From contig JAXGYC010000010.1 of the NCBI GenBank assembly GCA_040772485.1, positions 224,001 to 288,000 on the forward strand: 64,000 bases of DNA, in the 5' to 3' direction. The notes under the pieces are model-generated. The model saw only the letters and a list, made by a program, of their open reading frames with translations. It did not search any database and was not told where the DNA came from. This document shows positions 1-8,617 of the stretch, piece after piece. Source of the DNA: Sedimentisphaerales bacterium. GTDB lineage: Bacteria; Planctomycetota; Phycisphaerae; Sedimentisphaerales; Anaerobacaceae. The translations under genes and the position numbers were made by a program. Within the stretch, counting starts at the first letter, position 1. The number at the start of each line of letters is the position of its first letter.

Positions 1-1881
1 ATAGTCGAACCGCGTCAGCCGGTCATAGGCGGTGACACGGTGCAGCGGGCCCAAGATCTCATGCGTGTTCTTGATGAACACGTCGAGCGGGTGCATCCCC
101 TGCGCCCAGCCGCCGTCGCCGCGCGTGTAGCAGGCCAGAGGCGCTGTGGGCGTCTCCGGCTCGGTCCGGCGTTCCGACTGCCAGTAGAGATGGTCGGGGA
201 ACGAATGGTAGTGCAGCGGCCGGGCGCACAGGACGTGGTGCGCGATGTACTCGCCGGCCTCCTCGGCGCGGTAGCCGTACTTGCCGTAGCAAACCTGGCA
301 GTCGTGATAGACCATCTCGAAGAACGGAATCACCGTTGCGCCAAGCTCGGCGGGCTTGAGGTTGTGGTAGTACCGCCCGCTGACGCCCACCAATCCTTCG
401 AAGAAATCGCTGTGCGGCAGCGCCCACTCGCGCCCGCACTCGCTGCCGAAGAGGCCGAACACATTTCGCGCGTAGTCGCTCAGGCGGATCTTCCACGCGA
501 TGTCGTCGTTGCGTCCGATCGGATGGTTCGGGTCGAAGCATTCTCGCGGCCCGACGGCGTACGTCGTGTCGATGAAGTAGCTCCAGGGCGCAAAAAGCTC
601 GCGAATCGCAGGCAGGTTCTGGGGCCGCTGGGCCAGCTCCAACTGCTTCGGCGCACAGACCATGTAGGCCCGGCCGCCCAGCCAGCGCCCGCCGGCGATC
701 AGGGAGCCGTCGCGGTGCTTCTCGATGAATCCCGGGTCCCAGCTCTTGGCGTCCCGGTACATGTCCTGCACGTTGTCGTGCAGACAGGCGACGTAATCCA
801 GTGTCTGCACGCGCCGGACCGCATCGGCCAGCGCCTCGTTGCCGCCGCACTCGGGGTTGGCCGGAAGGTTGTCGGGGTGCCGGCAGTCGTAGCCGCCCTC
901 GGTCCAGCCGCCCATCATGAAGAAGCAGCGGTCGAGCTTCATGTCGTTGTGCAAATGCTCGGCGATCCGGGCCGCCTCGTCGAACGTCCAGCGGACCTGG
1001 ACCGACTCCTCGGCGGTGCTGTCGTCGTTCATCCGGCGCGCCAGACAGGTCCACAGCTTGGCGTTCGATGCGCCGACCATTCGTTCGAGGTGCTTGTCCC
1101 GCTCGATCTTCTGGCGCAGCGTCGCCGCGAACCCCCGCTGGCCGGCGTATTGCCTGTACGCTCGCGCGATGTCGTTCCAATCGCCGCGTCCCAGGGGCAT
1201 CAGCCGCAAAGCCTTGGCGCTTCGCCGCAGCTCGAACGTCGTCGTCAGCTTGCGGCCCTCGGCCTGCCCTTCCGGGACCGCACGCTCCAATTCGGGAAAC
1301 ACGTAGGCATCGTCCCACGTCACGATCAGCGCCGAGCCTCGCTTGACCAGGCCCAGCATGTTCATGTGGCAGCCCTCGTAGTCCGAGGTGCCGAAGGTCT
1401 GCTTGAAAGCCTTGTCTCCATCGGCAGACACCAGCAGGCCCTCCCGGCACGGGACGATCACGCAGCCGTCGTCGTCGCCCGCGATCGTCAGGGCGTCGTC
1501 AAGGACACGAATCGTCGCGTCGTCCGCGTTCTCGTAGCGAATCTCCAGCGCCTGGCCGCCCTGCACCAGTGCGAAGACAACCGCCCTTCCGCTATCCTTG
1601 ACCAGCCGCACCGAATTCTCACCGCCGCGTTCGGCCCGGACGAAATCCCCTTCGAGCCAGGCGGCTTTGCCCGGACTCGCCATGCCCTCAGAAGGCCACG
1701 TCACGCCGGAACGCTCGTCCGACAACCGCCATTGGCCTGTTCCATCGTCGATCTCCACGCGCAGGGCGGGACTCTCCAAGGTCGCGGCTCCGGCCCAACC
1801 GCCGACAACCCAAACAAGAAGAAACACTACGGCCAAGAATAACCTCGGCCTGACCATCATGTCTGTGATCTGACGTGCCAT
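1..1881 (-). CDS. Secreted glycoside hydrolase, GH129/DUF5696-like (partial; 3' end runs off the left edge)
   Basis: Hand translation of a minus frame not in the ORF track: MARQITDMMVRPRLFLAVVFLLVWVVGGWAGA (signal peptide)...FMMGGWTEGGYDCRHPDNLPANPECGGNEAL...ACLHDNVQDMYRDAKSWD. RBS GGGAGG lies upstream of ATG 1881. Confidence 0.75.
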   Translation of the reverse strand, partial: MARQITDMMVRPRLFLAVVFLLVWVVGGWAGAATLESPALRVEIDDGTGQWRLSDERSGVTWPSEGMASPGKAAWLEGDFVRAERGGENSVRLVKDSGRAVVFALVQGGQALEIRYENADDATIRVLDDALTIAGDDDGCVIVPCREGLLVSADGDKAFKQTFGTSDYEGCHMNMLGLVKRGSALIVTWDDAYVFPELERAVPEGQAEGRKLTTTFELRRSAKALRLMPLGRGDWNDIARAYRQYAGQRGFAATLRQKIERDKHLERMVGASNAKLWTCLARRMNDDSTAEESVQVRWTFDEAARIAEHLHNDMKLDRCFFMMGGWTEGGYDCRHPDNLPANPECGGNEALADAVRRVQTLDYVACLHDNVQDMYRDAKSWDPGFIEKHRDGSLIAGGRWLGGRAYMVCAPKQLELAQRPQNLPAIRELFAPWSYFIDTTYAVGPRECFDPNHPIGRNDDIAWKIRLSDYARNVFGLFGSECGREWALPHSDFFEGLVGVSGRYYHNLKPAELGATVIPFFEMVYHDCQVCYGKYGYRAEEAGEYIAHHVLCARPLHYHSFPDHLYWQSERRTEPETPTAPLACYTRGDGGWAQGMHPLDVFIKNTHEILGPLHRVTAYDRLTRFDY

Positions 1882-2002
1882 CGTGCGTACCTCCCGAACT
1901 GTGCGGACATGGTTTCAGAGCGATCTCAGCATACCCCGAGACGGCAATGCGAACAAGGATCAAGCGTCCGAGTGTCGTTCGCGAGGGCAAATGAGAGCAG
2001 GA

Positions 2003-3817
2003 TCAGACAGGATTTCGCCGGAGGCGCGCCCGGGCGCGCGCGAGGAAGGCCAGTCCGACGACGACGTAGAGCGCGCCGCTGATAAGAATCCACGCGGTCG
2101 CTGCGCCGGCCCGACGCATTCCCTTCTGAATCCAATCGTAGTCACCAAGCTGTGCGCGTGCGGTCGCGTCGGTGATGACGACCGCCTGAACGAAGGGGTT
2201 CATGTCTGCATACACCGACGGAAAGCCACCGTGAATCCGGAACACCTCGTCGACAATGGCCAGGAACAGAGGGAGCAGCGCCCAAAGGCCGGCCGCCAGA
2301 CTGACATTGGCGATCACGGCAGTTGTCGTGCGCGCAAGGCGGCTTGTGAAATACAGCCCGGTCGCACAGAGAAACACGGTCAGCCAAGCCGCCACAACGG
2401 CCAATTGCACGACGCCAATCGGACGGATCGTCCCCAACGCCGTGAACAGGCCCACGTGCGCGAACAGCGGCAGCCACGCCACCGAGCACTGACGCACAGC
2501 GCCGAGGAACTTGCCCCAGAGGATGGCCCGGTCCGAGATCGGCGTCGTCAGAAGAATGGGCCACGACCGCGATTCCTTCTCGCTCGTGATGCACGTCGCC
2601 GGCAGGACCGCCGCGAACAGCGTCCCCAATGCGAAAAAGACGACCACATAGGCAACCTGTGTCTCGCTGTCGTTGAGCACGTTCTGCCTGGCGCACGAAA
2701 CGTAGGCCAGAACCGCCAATGCGATCAAGACGATCCCGATCACGATCTTGCCGAGACCGAGCCGGCCCAGCAACGGCGAACGACGCTCTTTCCAGAACAC
2801 CGGCGAGCCCGTCACACGGCGGACCAGAGACCTTCGTGTGGCAGCCTCAAGCGTGCCGATAGACATCGGGAGGGGAGGGTGTCTCTCGGCATCCCGCCCC
2901 GATCTATGCCATCCCCATGTCCTGCGGACTTGAGGCTGCCACCCCACCGCCTGGCGCAGCGCCGCCTCGCGGACGAAGACGGTCGCCCAGAACAGCAGCA
3001 GCGCCGAGCCGGCCAGCGACACGCCGCAGTGGGCTGTCCAATGGACGGAGCTGATCGACTGACCCGTCATCAGGCGGATGGTGTCGGCAAGCAGCACGCA
3101 ATACGGATTCACGCGACACAGTGCGTCGGCGATCGCTCGTTCCGAGATGACGTTGTGAAGGGCCGGTATGCTGATTCCAGGCACCAGGCCAAACCACACG
3201 GCGGCCATTATCGCGGTCGTGATGATCGCGGCGTACGCCTTGCGCGTGAAGATCGAAAAGAACAGGCTCAGCGCCCCACAGAACAGCGCCGTGCTGAGGG
3301 TGACGCACAGCCCGCCGACCAGATATCCCCATGGCACGCCGCCGAGAACCCGCGTGATCGCCAGCAGCGGCAGCGTGATTGCCAGGAGCAGCGCCAGTTG
3401 AAGCAGCTTGCTGAGCAGCTTGCCGATGACGATTTGAAAGCTGCTGATCGGCGTGGTCATCAGCAGGCCGAGCGTCTTGTTGTAGATCTCATCGCTGATC
3501 CCGGTGCTCAGCATGACGATGGCAACGGCTTGAGAAGCGATGAACTGGAACCAGACGACGGACACCACGATCTGCTGGGCCGCACGGCCCATGCGCGAGA
3601 CCTGGTACACCGAACCGGCGCCGCTCGGCATTTCCTCCATCCAGATGAGACCGGCGAATACCAGGAAGAGCACCACATAGACGAAGCGCAGCACATAATT
3701 GCGGCGACGCCGGCTGGAGACGCGCAGCTCCTTGTCGAAGATCGGCCCCGTCAGCCAGGACAGACTCACCATCGGCGCCCATCGCTTCGGTGCCATGTCA
3801 ATCACTGGTTCTCCCAT
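2003..3817 (-). CDS. ABC-2-type permease with two tandem TMD halves (paralog 3)
   Basis: C-terminal part of ORF 2003..5164, with GPIFDKELRVSSRRRR and TLGLLMTTPISSFQIVIGK, then a second half PVFWKE...SEKESRSWPILLTTP. Start reset to 3817 (alternatives 3796, 3772), just after the stop of the upstream paralog at 3823. Confidence 0.85.
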   Translation of the reverse strand: MGEPVIDMAPKRWAPMVSLSWLTGPIFDKELRVSSRRRRNYVLRFVYVVLFLVFAGLIWMEEMPSGAGSVYQVSRMGRAAQQIVVSVVWFQFIASQAVAIVMLSTGISDEIYNKTLGLLMTTPISSFQIVIGKLLSKLLQLALLLAITLPLLAITRVLGGVPWGYLVGGLCVTLSTALFCGALSLFFSIFTRKAYAAIITTAIMAAVWFGLVPGISIPALHNVISERAIADALCRVNPYCVLLADTIRLMTGQSISSVHWTAHCGVSLAGSALLLFWATVFVREAALRQAVGWQPQVRRTWGWHRSGRDAERHPPLPMSIGTLEAATRRSLVRRVTGSPVFWKERRSPLLGRLGLGKIVIGIVLIALAVLAYVSCARQNVLNDSETQVAYVVVFFALGTLFAAVLPATCITSEKESRSWPILLTTPISDRAILWGKFLGAVRQCSVAWLPLFAHVGLFTALGTIRPIGVVQLAVVAAWLTVFLCATGLYFTSRLARTTTAVIANVSLAAGLWALLPLFLAIVDEVFRIHGGFPSVYADMNPFVQAVVITDATARAQLGDYDWIQKGMRRAGAATAWILISGALYVVVGLAFLARARARLRRNPV

Positions 3818-3822
3818 CGTCG

Positions 3823-5661
3823 TCAGAAGAGGCTCTTGCGAAGCCGGCCCTTGGCGCGCCAGAGGAAGAGCGCGCCTGCGGCGATGTAGACCAGGGCCGT
3901 GCCGGCCAGGATGCCGGTCATCTTCCAGACGCCAGACACCTCCTGGTTGATTCCGAAGATCACGCGTTCGCCGGCGTAAACGAGACTCCCCAGCGGCAGA
4001 TCGGCGTTCTGCACGCCGCCGGCGGCGTTCAAGATCAACTCGGTCTGAATCGCCGGATGAAACATCATGTACGCGACGAACAGGTCCATTTTTTTGGTCA
4101 TCGTGCCGAGCACGCCCGCCAACACGGGCCCGGCCGCCCACAGAGTCAGCAGCAGCCCGAAACTCGCGATGACCGACGAGGTTGTGCGCCCGAAACGCGA
4201 GCTGAAGTACAGCCCAACGGCCACGACAAAGAAGCTCACCCACACGGCCACCAGCAGAAGGTGGAACGCGACGATGGGATGAATGTACCCGACAAAGATG
4301 AACAGCAACACGTGTCCGGCCAGCAGGCCCCAGATGGGCAGGCATCGGCGAAAGGCGCTGACCGCCTTGCCCACGAGAATGTCCCAGTCCCCCAGGGAGG
4401 TCGTCAGCAGCAGCAACCACGTCTGCGACTCGCGTTCGCTGGTCACTCGGGTCGCCGAAAACACCACGCCGAAGATGATGCCCATCAGCACGAAGAGCAG
4501 GCCGTAGGAAACGTGGGAGTAGCTCTCGTCCAGGGCGCCCTGCCTGGCGGTTGCCAGATAGGTCACACACAGCGCGACGACCGCCACGAGAAGGCCAATG
4601 TAGCTGTTGCGGTTGTCCACGCCCTGGATGAAGGGGGCCCGCAGCTCTTTCCAGACAATCGGCGGCCCGATGACCCGTTTGATCGGTCCATCTAACGAGT
4701 CGGACGCCGGATTCGCACGCGACGCCTTCCTCCTGGCCTTGGCCAGAGGATCGAGCTGTCCGGTGGCCTGGCGCAGCGCCGTCTTGCGCACGACCTTCAC
4801 GGACCAGGCCAGCACCACGACCGAGAAACCCAGCATGAAGACGCAGTGGACCGGCCAAGAGAAGGGGATCGCCCTGCCGCCCGGCGACATCATGACCTCG
4901 GTCGCCTGCCACATCGCCAGGAAAGGATTCGTGTGTACCATCGCTATCGCCGTGTTCGACGTGAACACCCCCCGAAGGTGGCCGATGCCTCCCAGAATAG
5001 GCATGAAAGCGTTGGTCAGCGTGCCGAGGACGGCGGGCAGAACGAAGTATGCGGCTCCCAGAACGAAGGCGGTCTTGATGATGACGGCGTAGGCCCGCCG
5101 GTTGCGGATGGAGAACGCCAGGCTGACCGAGCCGGCCAGCAACACAGCCGTCAACGTGATGCACAGACTCGACAGAAGGTAACTCCAGGAGACGCCGCCG
5201 AAGACGCGGACAATCGCCAGGATCGGCAACGTGATCGCCAGCAGCAGGATCAGTTGCAGCAGCTTGCTGAGCATCTTGCCCATCACGATCTGGAGGCTGT
5301 TGATGGGCGTGGTCATGAGCAGCCCGAGCGTACGATGGTACACCTCGTCACTGATGGCGGTACTGAGCATGATGACTGCCAGGATCTGGGTCGTGATGAA
5401 CTGGAAAAACGCCACCGTTAGGATGATCTGCTTGCCGGCGGCCGCCATGCGGCTCTGCATGAAACCGACGCTGCCGTGATAATGCACGACGCTGAGCCAG
5501 ACCATTGCCACGAAGATCGTCAGCAGCGCGATGTAGAAGAACCGCAGAGCGAAGTTCCTGCGCCTCCGCGACGAGACGCGCAGCTCCTTCTCGAAGATCG
5601 GCCCGGTCAGCCATCCGAAGCTGAGACACCGCACATGGTTTACGCTCGAAGCCATCGGCAA
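3823..5661 (-). CDS. ABC-2-type permease with two tandem TMD halves (paralog 2)
   Basis: 612 aa multi-TM protein with GPIFEKELRVSSRRRR, DEVYHRTLGLLMTTP, PIVWKELR and SERESQTWLLLLTT. Confidence 0.88.
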   Translation of the reverse strand: MPMASSVNHVRCLSFGWLTGPIFEKELRVSSRRRRNFALRFFYIALLTIFVAMVWLSVVHYHGSVGFMQSRMAAAGKQIILTVAFFQFITTQILAVIMLSTAISDEVYHRTLGLLMTTPINSLQIVMGKMLSKLLQLILLLAITLPILAIVRVFGGVSWSYLLSSLCITLTAVLLAGSVSLAFSIRNRRAYAVIIKTAFVLGAAYFVLPAVLGTLTNAFMPILGGIGHLRGVFTSNTAIAMVHTNPFLAMWQATEVMMSPGGRAIPFSWPVHCVFMLGFSVVVLAWSVKVVRKTALRQATGQLDPLAKARRKASRANPASDSLDGPIKRVIGPPIVWKELRAPFIQGVDNRNSYIGLLVAVVALCVTYLATARQGALDESYSHVSYGLLFVLMGIIFGVVFSATRVTSERESQTWLLLLTTSLGDWDILVGKAVSAFRRCLPIWGLLAGHVLLFIFVGYIHPIVAFHLLLVAVWVSFFVVAVGLYFSSRFGRTTSSVIASFGLLLTLWAAGPVLAGVLGTMTKKMDLFVAYMMFHPAIQTELILNAAGGVQNADLPLGSLVYAGERVIFGINQEVSGVWKMTGILAGTALVYIAAGALFLWRAKGRLRKSLF

Positions 5662-5672
5662 CCTGTTGAATC

Positions 5673-7379
5673 CTACGAGAAGACGTTTCGTCGCAGTCGG
5701 ACCACCGCACCGCGCGCCAGAAGCAGCCCCGCGCCGGCATAGAGCATCGCCGGGACAACCTGACTGACGATGGACAGGAGGAACGGGCGATTGGCAATCA
5801 CGAATCGAGAAGAATGACTTGCTGGCACTGCCAGGATCAAGAACAGAAATCCGAGCAGCATCTGCGTCCCGAGGTAGATTCCGAGCGTGGCGACAACCGC
5901 CATGGTCGCGGTTCGGACCCGTGTGCCCACGTACAAGCCGAGAGTGATCAGAAAGACGAGGGTCGCTGACAGGCTGACCGCGGACATCCCCACTCTGTAC
6001 AGCACCGACTCCGAGTGACGGCCATCCTCAGGCGCCAAGAGCATCGCCGCCAGCGTCAGTATGACCACCACCGCCAGCAGAGGCCAGCTCCTCCGGATGG
6101 CCCCAAACGCCTTGCCGCGGACGATCTCGCCATTGCCCAGCGGCGTGGCCAGCAGGATCGGCCAGGTGCGGGCCTCCTTCTCTCGCGGAATGGCGCCGGC
6201 GACCGAAGTGGTCACATCCAGAATGAAGAGCAACGTGAAGACAGAGGCCGCACCCGCACAGACCGACGCGACCGGCGCATGGCCAACCACAATCAGGACC
6301 ACGACACAGCCAACGACAAGGGCAATGGCGATCGTCAGAAAGACCACGCTCAGAATACCTCGTCGGTTTCTCGGGACGCGAGGCCGGCACAGCTCCTTCC
6401 AGACAATGGGCGAGCCCTTGACCGGGCGAATGGCCCGGTGCCCCAGCCAGGAGAGGCGACCCGGTTTTTCCGCCCCGCCGCTTTGGCCGTCGGGCGAGGC
6501 ACTGACCATCGCGCCGGCCGCCGCCTTCCGCAGTCGCCAGACAGACAGCAGCAACAGCCCCCCCGCCACACTCAGCGCGACCAGGCAATGGACCGGCCAC
6601 GGGAAGACCACCGGCCCCGGACCGGAGGCCGACAGCATCGCCCGCGTCTGGCGGAACAGGACGACGTAGGGACTCGTCAGATCGAATATGCCTGTCGCCG
6701 TCGAGTTGTTCAGTCGGCTCGTCTGCACCAGTACCGCGATCAGCATTCCGGTACAGAACCAGAACAGGGTACACACCCCAACGGCATTGGTCGCCACCTG
6801 GTGCGCCTGGCGGTTCGTGACGCTGAGGCACAGACTCAGCGCGCCGACGAGCACCGCCGTCGCGAACGTCAGGCACAGGCCGCAGACCAGGAAGCTCCAA
6901 GGGACCCCTCCAAAGACCCGAACGATCGCCAGAAGAGGCAGGCTGATTGCCAGCAGAAGAACAAGCTGGAGCAGCCCACTGACGAGCTTGCCCATGACGA
7001 TCTGAATGTCGCTGATCGGTGTCACCAGGAGCGCATCGAGCGTCCTGTGGCGAATCTCCGTCGCGATGGCCCCGCTGAGCAGGATCGCCGTGAGGAGTTG
7101 CGCCATGATGAACTGGAACCAGACGATCGCGGCGGTGACGATCTTGCCCACCTCCGACATGCGCGACGCCCAGACCAGGGGCGTGGACTTGTGTCCGGGA
7201 CGCGCCACGAGCAGCCATGTGTAGACCACGACGATGCCGAAAAGACAAATATAGACACAACGCATCGCATAGAACCGTCGCCGCCGGCTGGCAACGCGCA
7301 GCTCCTTGTCAAACAAGGGCCCGGCCAGCCGCAGCGGGTTGATCTGCTCCAGTATTCTGATGGTCTGCGACGTCATCAT
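5673..7379 (-). CDS. ABC-2-type permease with two tandem TMD halves (paralog 1)
   Basis: GPLFDKELRVASRRRR, EIRHRTLDALLVTP, PIVWKEL and REKEARTWPILLATP. Start taken at MMTSQ. Confidence 0.85.
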   Translation of the reverse strand: MMTSQTIRILEQINPLRLAGPLFDKELRVASRRRRFYAMRCVYICLFGIVVVYTWLLVARPGHKSTPLVWASRMSEVGKIVTAAIVWFQFIMAQLLTAILLSGAIATEIRHRTLDALLVTPISDIQIVMGKLVSGLLQLVLLLAISLPLLAIVRVFGGVPWSFLVCGLCLTFATAVLVGALSLCLSVTNRQAHQVATNAVGVCTLFWFCTGMLIAVLVQTSRLNNSTATGIFDLTSPYVVLFRQTRAMLSASGPGPVVFPWPVHCLVALSVAGGLLLLSVWRLRKAAAGAMVSASPDGQSGGAEKPGRLSWLGHRAIRPVKGSPIVWKELCRPRVPRNRRGILSVVFLTIAIALVVGCVVVLIVVGHAPVASVCAGAASVFTLLFILDVTTSVAGAIPREKEARTWPILLATPLGNGEIVRGKAFGAIRRSWPLLAVVVILTLAAMLLAPEDGRHSESVLYRVGMSAVSLSATLVFLITLGLYVGTRVRTATMAVVATLGIYLGTQMLLGFLFLILAVPASHSSRFVIANRPFLLSIVSQVVPAMLYAGAGLLLARGAVVRLRRNVFS

Positions 7380-7536
7380 AATCTTTCCATATGCTGTTGC
7401 GTGTGGCAGACGATGGTCTGGCCATCTCATACAGATCAGGTGAAGTCCTCACGTGCAAATACGTCTGTCACCTCGGACTGCTCCAGGACTATCCAATTGC
7501 AGGGGATGAACACCATGTTGATCTGCTCCATCACTC

Positions 7537-7650
7537 CCGCGTTTGTCACCCCGAGCGAAACGAAGTGAAGTTGAGGGGTCTGGCCATGGACGGTACGCTT
7601 TCGGATCCCGGCCAGATTTCTCGCCTGCGCTCGGAATGACAAAACCGCGG
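7537..7650. repeat. REP/MITE-like palindromic element (TGTCA...TGACA ends)
   Basis: ccgcgtttgtcaccccgagcg pairs imperfectly with cgctcggaatgacaaaaccgcgg, with an inner tctggcc/ggccaga stem. Lies between the ATPase and permease genes. Confidence 0.65.
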
Positions 7651-7690
7651 TTCGCCTGTCTTCCAGGATACGGCATAATCGCTATCCGTC

Positions 7691-8617
7691 TCAGTGCACG
7701 ATACCCTTGGTCAGTTTCAGGAACGCATCGTCGAGCTTCAACTGCTCGGGCTGCAAGTACACCAGATCGACTCCGCCGGTGACGAGCGTCCGCGCGATGA
7801 CGCCGTCGGTCGGCTCGCCCTCGCGAAACGTCACGGACAGGTAATCGCCGACCTTCTCGACCTGCTGGATCTGGGGCAGCGCCGTCAGCAGTTCCATCGC
7901 CCTGTCGTCATCGCCCAGCACCTTGACGCGGACCTTGCGTTGGATGCCGAGCCGGGGCCGGATCTCGTCCATGGTGCCGCCGAAGACGAGCTGGCCGTGT
8001 TCGATGATCCCGATGCGGTCGCAGATCTCCTCCAGCTCGCTGAGGATGTGGCTGGAGATCATGATGGTCTTGCCCATGCGTTTGAGCTCTCGCAGCAGTT
8101 CGCGAATCTCGATCCGCGCCCGCGGGTCCAGCCCGCTGGCGGGCTCGTCGAGGATCAGCACCTTGGGATCGTGGATCAGCACGCGGGCCAGACCCAGTCG
8201 CTGTTGCATGCCGCGAGAGAGACTGTCCACCGCTGCGGCTTGTTTGCCCGTCAGGTCCGTCAGTTCCAGGACACCCTCGACGATGGCCTTGCGCTTGCGG
8301 TACTCGATGCCGAACGCGGCGGCGAAGAATTCGAGGTACTCGAACACCTTCAGGTCGTCGTAGACCCCCATGAAGTCCGGCATGTAGCCCACCCGTCGGC
8401 GCACCTCCTTGCCCTTCTTGCGAACGTCGAGTCCGTCGATCGTCGCGCCGCCGCTCGTCGGCTCCATCAGCGTCACCAGGATGCGCATCGTCGTCGTCTT
8501 GCCCGCGCCGTTGGGGCCAATGAATCCAAAGATGTCGCCGGCGCCGATGTGCAGGTCCAGTTTGTCGACCGCCGTCAGGTTGCCAAAGCGTTTGGTCAGC
8601 TTCGTGATCTCAATCAT
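7691..8617 (-). CDS. ABC transporter ATP-binding protein (ABC-2/DrrA-like)
   Basis: Walker A GPNGAGKTT, signature LSRGMQQ, Walker B LILDEP and H-loop SSH. Start MIEITK overlaps the upstream stop. Confidence 0.95.
   Translation of the reverse strand: MIEITKLTKRFGNLTAVDKLDLHIGAGDIFGFIGPNGAGKTTTMRILVTLMEPTSGGATIDGLDVRKKGKEVRRRVGYMPDFMGVYDDLKVFEYLEFFAAAFGIEYRKRKAIVEGVLELTDLTGKQAAAVDSLSRGMQQRLGLARVLIHDPKVLILDEPASGLDPRARIEIRELLRELKRMGKTIMISSHILSELEEICDRIGIIEHGQLVFGGTMDEIRPRLGIQRKVRVKVLGDDDRAMELLTALPQIQQVEKVGDYLSVTFREGEPTDGVIARTLVTGGVDLVYLQPEQLKLDDAFLKLTKGIVH

Noticed and set aside
40..1842. 600-aa plus-strand ORF and the 463-aa minus ORF 59..1450
   Set aside because: No recognisable motifs; they are antisense and off-frame shadows of the glycosidase frame starting at 1881.
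3818..5164. N-terminal extension making a 1053-aa permease
   Set aside because: It overlaps paralog 2 in another frame and is low-complexity R/G-rich sequence; homology to the other permeases begins only near 3817-3772.
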